In this document: piece by piece, positions 53,901 through 64,000 of the stretch
How positions within the stretch are numbered: the stretch's first letter is position 1
Layout of the letters: every line of letters begins with the position of its first letter
Assembly: GCF_009914755.1 (NCBI RefSeq)
Contig: NC_060927.1
Reading direction: 5' to 3' (one strand)
Length of the DNA stretch: 64,000 nt
Origin: the human T2T-CHM13v2.0 reference genome, Homo sapiens
Notes under the pieces: generated by a model
What the model was told of the DNA's origin: nothing
Database searches by the model: none
What the model saw: the letters and a program-made list of their open reading frames with translations, nothing else
Position numbers and translations under genes: made by a program

Positions 53901-54494
53901 AGATCTTAAAATTGTGATAATTACTCATGAGATTTTTACAGTTTGCCCTTGGCAAATTCTCCTTTATCTTCTGTCTCTTATAGATAAACCATCAGGCAGA
54001 TTTGTCAACAGAGGCTGGAGTCAGCCCTCAGGTAGAGGCTTCTGGCAACGTTAGAATGGTGGGCAAATTGGAAGGGGTCAGCCAGGAATTCCATATTTAG
54101 AAACTCATTTAAGCAGAATTATATGATGAACCTAAAATAAAGTGTTATAAAATAAAAGACAAGAAAGCAATAGATTTCTTTGTTACTAAGATCAGTCAAT
54201 CCGCACTGGGTTTTTCAATTACTTCAATGTCAAGAGCATGATCTTGGAAAATTACACCAATGTACCTCAACTGGAAGGTGTTAAAAGCTCTTTAGAAATG
54301 TTCCCAGGCAGTGTATTTAAATATTTATGAATAATTTCTATAAATGACTGCTGGCCAGTTATAATAATTAAATGTATTCAGATGATATAATAATCTTCCC
54401 ATTGCCTGAAAAAGTGCTGACTGTATTATACCCTGAAACCACCTCTGCTCAGTATGCTGACCTGATTTTTTTCTTCCTGGAAAGATTAACTTTC

Positions 54495-55110
54495 ATTTTT
54501 ACTTACTTTAAAAAAAACCTAATTAAAGTATATCTTCTAGACAAGTAAAATGAACAAATCTATATGTGTAGCTCAGTAATTTTTTACATATGTATCCATA
54601 TATATAACTACCACTCAAATTAGGTTATAGAGCATTTCTAATACCCCAGAAGGTCACGTGTCCCCTTTTAAGGCAATAAATTCATTCCTAAGCCAACTAT
54701 CATTCTAACTTATATTACTTTTGATTACATTTTCATTTTTTGAACTGATATAAGTGGAATCAAACAATAATGATGTTTTTATGATTGGTTTCTTTCACTC
54801 ACAAGTCTGTGAGAGTCATGTATGATTTTGCATTTGGCAGTAGTTTGTTCTTTTTCATTGCTATGTAGTATTTTACAGAATGAATGCATCACATTCTCTT
54901 TTGATAGATATTTTGGTTGTTTGCAGTTCTTGACTCTTAGGAATTAAACTTCCACTCATGCGTGGGTCTTTGGTGAATATAAGCATTCATTTCTGTTGGG
55001 TACACACTCAGGAATGGAATTGATGGATCACAATATATATGTCTACTTAGCTTTAGTAGGCACTCAGATTTCCAAAATAGTTGCACCACTTTAATTTCTT
55101 ACCTCAAAAG
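54495..55110 (-). mobile_element. L1M (L1ME1-like) 3' end
   Basis: AACTACCACTCAAAT...AGCATTTCTAATACCCCAGAAGG...TAAGTGGAATCA...TTTTTCATTGCTATGTAGTATT...TTTCTGTTGGGTACACACTCAGGAATGGAATTG. Confidence 0.75.
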
Positions 55111-55635
55111 CTGGCTTTTTAGATGAGGGAACATACACTGTATGCTTTCAAGGTAGATCTTTCTCAAGTCTTACTACCTAAGGATGGTTTCTTTATAATT
55201 ATTTAGACAAGGTATAAGTGCTCTGGAGAGAACAGTATTTAACTTATCTTATTCATTTTTAAATTTAGCTGTGTGTATGTCCATCAAGGAAAAATGGCCT
55301 GTGTAGAAAGCAATTGACTGGGAGACATCTCCCAGTAGGGGCTGACAGACACCTCATACGGGAGAGCTCCAGCTGGCATCTGGTGGGTGCCCCTCTTGGA
55401 TGAAGCTTCCAGAGAAAGGATCAGGCAGCAATCTTTGCTTTTCTACAGCCTCTGCTCGTGATATCCCAGCAAACAGGTCTGAAGTGGACCTCCGGCAAAC
55501 TCCAGCAGATTGCAGCCGAGGGGCCTGACTGTTACAAGAAAAACTAACAAACAGAAAGGAATATCATCAACATCAACAAAAAGGACGTCCACACCAAAAC
55601 TCCATCAAAGAACAAAGATAGATAAAACCACAAAG

Positions 55636-56661
55636 ATGGGGAGAAACCAGAGCAGAAAGGCTGAAAATTCCAAAAACCAGAATGCCTCTTCTCCTCCAAA
55701 GGATCACATCTCCTCACCAGCAAGGGAACGAAACTGGATGGAGAATGAGTTTGACGAATTGACAGAAGTAGGCTTCAAAAGGTAGGTAATAACAAAATCC
55801 TCCGAGCTAAAGGAGCATGTTCTAACCCAACACAAGGACACTAAGAACCTTGAAGAAAGGTTAGACGAATTGCTAACTAGAATAACCAGTGTAGAGAAGA
55901 ACATAAATGACCTGATGGAGCTGAAAAATGCAGCAGGATAACTTCCTGAACCATACACAAGCTTCAACAGCCGAATCGATCATGCTGAAGAAAGGATATC
56001 AGTGATTGAAGATTAAATTAATGAAATAAAGTGAGAAGACAAGATTAGAGAAAAAAGAGTGAAAAGAAACAAACAAAGCCTCCAAGAAATATGGGACTAT
56101 GTGAAAAGACCAAATCCACATTTGATTGGTGTACCTGAAAGTGACAGGGAGAATAGAACCAAGTTGGAAAACACTCTTCAGGATATTATACAGGAGAACT
56201 TCCCCAACCTAGCAAGGCAGGCCAACATTCAAATTCAGGAAAAATAGAGAACACCACAAACATATTCCTTGAGAAGAGTAACCCCAAGACACATAATTGT
56301 CAGATTCACCAAGGTTGAAATGAAGGAAAAAATGTTAAGGGCAACCAGAGAGAAAGGTCAGGTTACCTACAAAGGGAAGCCCATCAGACTAACAGCAGAT
56401 CTCTCAGCAGAAACCCTGCAAACCAGAAGAGAGTGGGGGCCAATACTCAACATTCTTAAAGAAAAGAATTTTCAACCCAGAATTTTATATCCAGCCAAAC
56501 TAAGCTTCATAAGTGAAGGAGAAATAAAATTCTTTACAGGAAAGCAAATGCTGAGAGATTTTGTTACCACCAGGCCTACCTTACAAGAGCTCCTGAGGGA
56601 AGCACTAAACATGAAAAGGAACAACTGGTACCAGCCACTGCAAAAACATACCAAATTGTAA
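55636..56661 (+). pseudogene. L1 ORF1p (RNA-binding chaperone), disrupted
   Basis: ATG in AAAGATGGGGAGAAACC (MGRNQSRKAENSKNQ), WDYVKRPN, TPRHIIVRF, YPAKLSF motifs; premature stops, e.g. TAG at 55783-55785. Confidence 0.93.
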
Positions 56662-56724
56662 AGACCATCGATGCTATGAAGAAACTTCATCAACTAACGG
56701 GCAAAATAACCAGCTAGCATCATA

Positions 56725-60569
<3,845 letters not shown>

Positions 60570-60929
60570 GTAATGAGAACACATGAACACAGGGAGGGGA
60601 ACATCACACACGGGCCTGTCGGCGGGTGGAGGGCTGTGGAAGGGATAGCATTAGGAGAAATACCTAATGTAAATGATGAGTTAATGGGTGCAGCATACCA
60701 ACATGGCACATGAATACCTGTGTAACAAGCCTGCACGTTGTGCACATGTATCCCAGAACTTAAAGTATAATAGTTAAAAAAAAGAAAGAAAAGAAAGAAA
60801 GGAGTTTTAACTGCTCCAGACCCGGCAAAACTATGATTAGGTATCCATGTCCTTCGGTAGATTTTTCTCTACATTGAGCAATATGCCAGATCAACTCACC
60901 TCTCAGTTTCTCCAACCCTAAATGATGTA

Positions 60930-62800
60930 TTTTTTTCTTAAATGTTTATTTTTATTTCATATTGAAAAGTAGATATGTTCATTGCAGAAATTTCAGAAAA
61001 CACAAGAAATCATATGGAAGAGGATTACCCATAATCTGACTGTGGATATTCTGATTATATGCTTCCAGAATTTATTTACACATGAACAAGTTACAACTAT
61101 AGTTATATATACATCTTGTGAATGTATCCAAGTATTTGCTTGGGATAAATTCCAAATTTTTAATGTCTAGGTTAAAGGAGGCATGTATGTTCAATTTTAA
61201 CACATATTACTGAAATGCCTCCCTGAAGGTTATTCCAATGTACAAACCCAGCAATAAATGAGAGTGCAAAATTCCCCAACTCCCCAGAAGTTGGTTGCAA
61301 TACTTTTTTATTTATCATCTAATTATTGGCCTCTGATAGTTCCCATTTTAATTAATATTTATTTAATTACAAATAAGTTTAAACATCCACACCCATTTGC
61401 ACGTATTACTTTGTAAATTGCTTGCTCACCTTTTTAGCCCATATTTCTTTTGCTATGTGAAAAATTTTATATGTAGGAAATCAATTAACTTTTTTTGTGC
61501 TATATTTGATTTAACCATTTATTTTTATTTTTGGCAAATTAGTATTTCCATTATTCATTCATCTCTGTATTCTTCAGTAGAATGTTGTGTTTTTTTCTGA
61601 CAGTCTTCATAATTCGTGTTACATTTAATCCCTACATATTTTGCATAATTGTTGCTAATCTGAATTCAATTATTATTATATTACATTATTGTTAGATGTT
61701 AATTATTTATTAAAATATTTATTATTGATATATATGAAATCTACTGCTACTAATTTACGTCTGTGGTCAGCATTTCGACTAATACTTATTAGTTTATACA
61801 GTTTTCAGTTGGTTGCCTTGGCTTTCCCAGCTAGATAATCAAGTTATATGCAAATAATGACAATTTCCTTATTTTCAGTATTTATACTTTTCACTTTTTA
61901 ATTTTGCTCGATCACAGGGAACACTTCTAGAATATTGTTAAATAGTAGTGGTGAAAATGGACATCTTTGTCTTTTTCCTAATTTAATTCATTTTACTATT
62001 TATCTTAATGCTGCATTAGATTTCAGTTACAATGTTTTTTAAAAAAATCATATTAAATTATTTTTCGTTTTTTAAAAGATGCTTACTATAGATAATTATT
62101 TTTATCAAAGCATATTAACATGTATTGATGTAATGTTATGAGTCTTTGCAGAAATAGTAAGTCAATTTGTATAATTAGAGCTACTTATACTGAATTATTC
62201 TTGCATTCAAAGCATAATCTCTACTTTGTCACTGAGCATTTTTCCTTTCATATACTCAGGGATTGATATGCTAATGTTTGCCTGAAAACTTTAGACTTTA
62301 TATTCATAAGTAAGGATATTGTTCCATAGTTTTCTTGCTTGGTAATCCTCTTAGGTTTTTCTGTCAGTTTTCCTAGCTTGGTAAAATAACTATGATCATC
62401 TCCATTCTTTTCTCTATGCTGTGAACATTTTCTATAGTAAATGACATTTCTATTTTCTTCCAATAATACCTTTATTGAACAATATTATATGTCAGGTATT
62501 GGGGACACACTCATGAATCATAAAACTACAATGCATCTTTGAAAATAACTTACAGGCGAGTCTATTTCCTGAAAGTTTGAGAGAATTAGTCTGGCCCCCT
62601 TTTTGGAGGATGGAGGAGGGCATGTACTTTTTGACAACATTTCCGATTTCTTACATTTTAATGGATATAACCCAGTTTTCTACTTTTATTGTTCATATTT
62701 TCTTGGAAAAATATTCATCTCTCAGAAAGTTTGATATTGTCTTTTAATAGATTAATATTCCTCTGTGATTATATTCCACTTACTAACTTAAGTGTTTCAA
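60930..62800 (-). mobile_element. Ancient L1M relic(s)
   Basis: T-rich antisense ORF2-like motifs (ATATTGTTAAATAGTAGTGGTGAAAATGGACATCTTTGTCTT; TATATTCATAAGTAAGGATATTG). Confidence 0.6.
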
Positions 62801-64000
62801 AATCCTTTTTTCCCCTCTGATGTAATTGTCATATAGTATTTATTATTAAATCTGGAGCAAAGAACAAATTACCCTGCTATTACCACATAGTCTGTTTTTG
62901 TCACATAATTGGTAATGTGACAAGAAGAATTGCCAAATCTGAGAGGAACTCATGAATACATTGAAGATAATATTTTTCTTAAATTGTGGAAAATCACTAT
63001 GTTGTGTGACCTTGGGCAAATAAATTACTTGCCTGGGACTCAATTCCTGAACCTATTACTTGAGAAGAATGTGAATTTCTCAAGACCCGTAGGCATGTTT
63101 TCTGAATCTGACCCAGGCACTAGGACGGTGGCTCTGATGTAGCAGGCTTTCAATAATAATTTGTTGAATTGAATTTTCTGCTGGAGGGCAAGGAGCTTGA
63201 TTAGATGACTTGTTGAGGTACGCGCCAATTCTAAGAGCTACCATATTACATTAGAAGAACAATTAAAATGATGAAAAGAAATTATTGTCAAAGAATTAAC
63301 GACATCGCAGAAATATAGAGGCCAGCTAGGGTTTTCCTTTTTATAAATCATCTAGCAGCAGCTTCACTCATTCCTAATTTAGTCATTTACCAGCCACATT
63401 CTTGGAATAATATTTAATTCTTTTATTCTGAACTCAATAAAGCCATTTGTTTTAGCTATTATTTTATAAGGAAAAATGAAATAGCTTAACTGTGTGACCA
63501 AAAACCAGTAATTCATTTGCACATCATGCTTAAATCAGTGAATTTTCTCTTACCAGTGTTTTTTGTTTGTTAATTGTTTTTTCCAAGCCCAGCTCACAGT
63601 GTGTGTTGAAGTGGATAATTCACATGGTTCTGAAAAGAGATAAAGGAAGAAAAAGATGTCACACGTCAATACATTCACGGTTCCCTATTTAATATAAATT
63701 TGAGAGTGAACTTGACGAATTATGAAAGTAATGCCTATTTCTATGTTATTCTCTCTTAGTAGCACGTTGATCCTTGACCATCTTTGTGTTTCTGTTTGTT
63801 TCTCCTCATGGAATGTTTTCCTTCACGTCGAAGGCTGCATTGCCAAAAGCAATGCCTAATGCTTTATTTTAGGATTTCCATTTATTTTAGCTATGCATGG
63901 TAAATATTTTCCCTTACAATCATCCATAATGAATAACTGTATTATCAACACTAGATTTGGAGCAAGATGTGGCATAGCAGAATCTCATGTAAACAATCAC

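Overview
AT-rich, CpG-poor primate (human-like) nuclear DNA, intergenic or deep intronic. I recognise no intact protein-coding gene, RNA gene, CpG island or CRISPR/prokaryotic-type system. The recognisable content is interspersed repeat. It includes a near-full-length dead L1PA7/8-like LINE-1 (55.3-60.8 kb) and a 5'-truncated L1PA copy in the same orientation (26.1-28.2 kb). There are also older L1M/L1MA/L1PA15-16 pieces, six Alu copies plus one monomer-like relic, many L2 and MIR relics, MaLR (MLT1) and ERV1 solo LTRs, hAT MITEs (MER5A, MER58A, MER102), a MADE1 mariner MITE and microsatellites. All ORFs in the track with recognisable similarity are L1 ORF1/ORF2 fragments or Alu translations. 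I did not find a convincing new biological system. The most interesting signals are evolutionary or mechanistic. (1) The two L1PA copies 32.5 kb apart share the same ORF2-inactivating 4-bp deletion plus four neighbouring non-consensus substitutions, suggesting gene conversion or a shared defective source. (2) There is a 33-bp 'micro-L1' insertion with a perfect 13-bp TSD. (3) A 113-bp templated duplication has a stuttered junction. (4) A tail-less AluJ still has TSDs. Repeat subfamily names rest on recalled consensus sequences and boundaries of old repeats are approximate; RepeatMasker/Dfam should confirm them.
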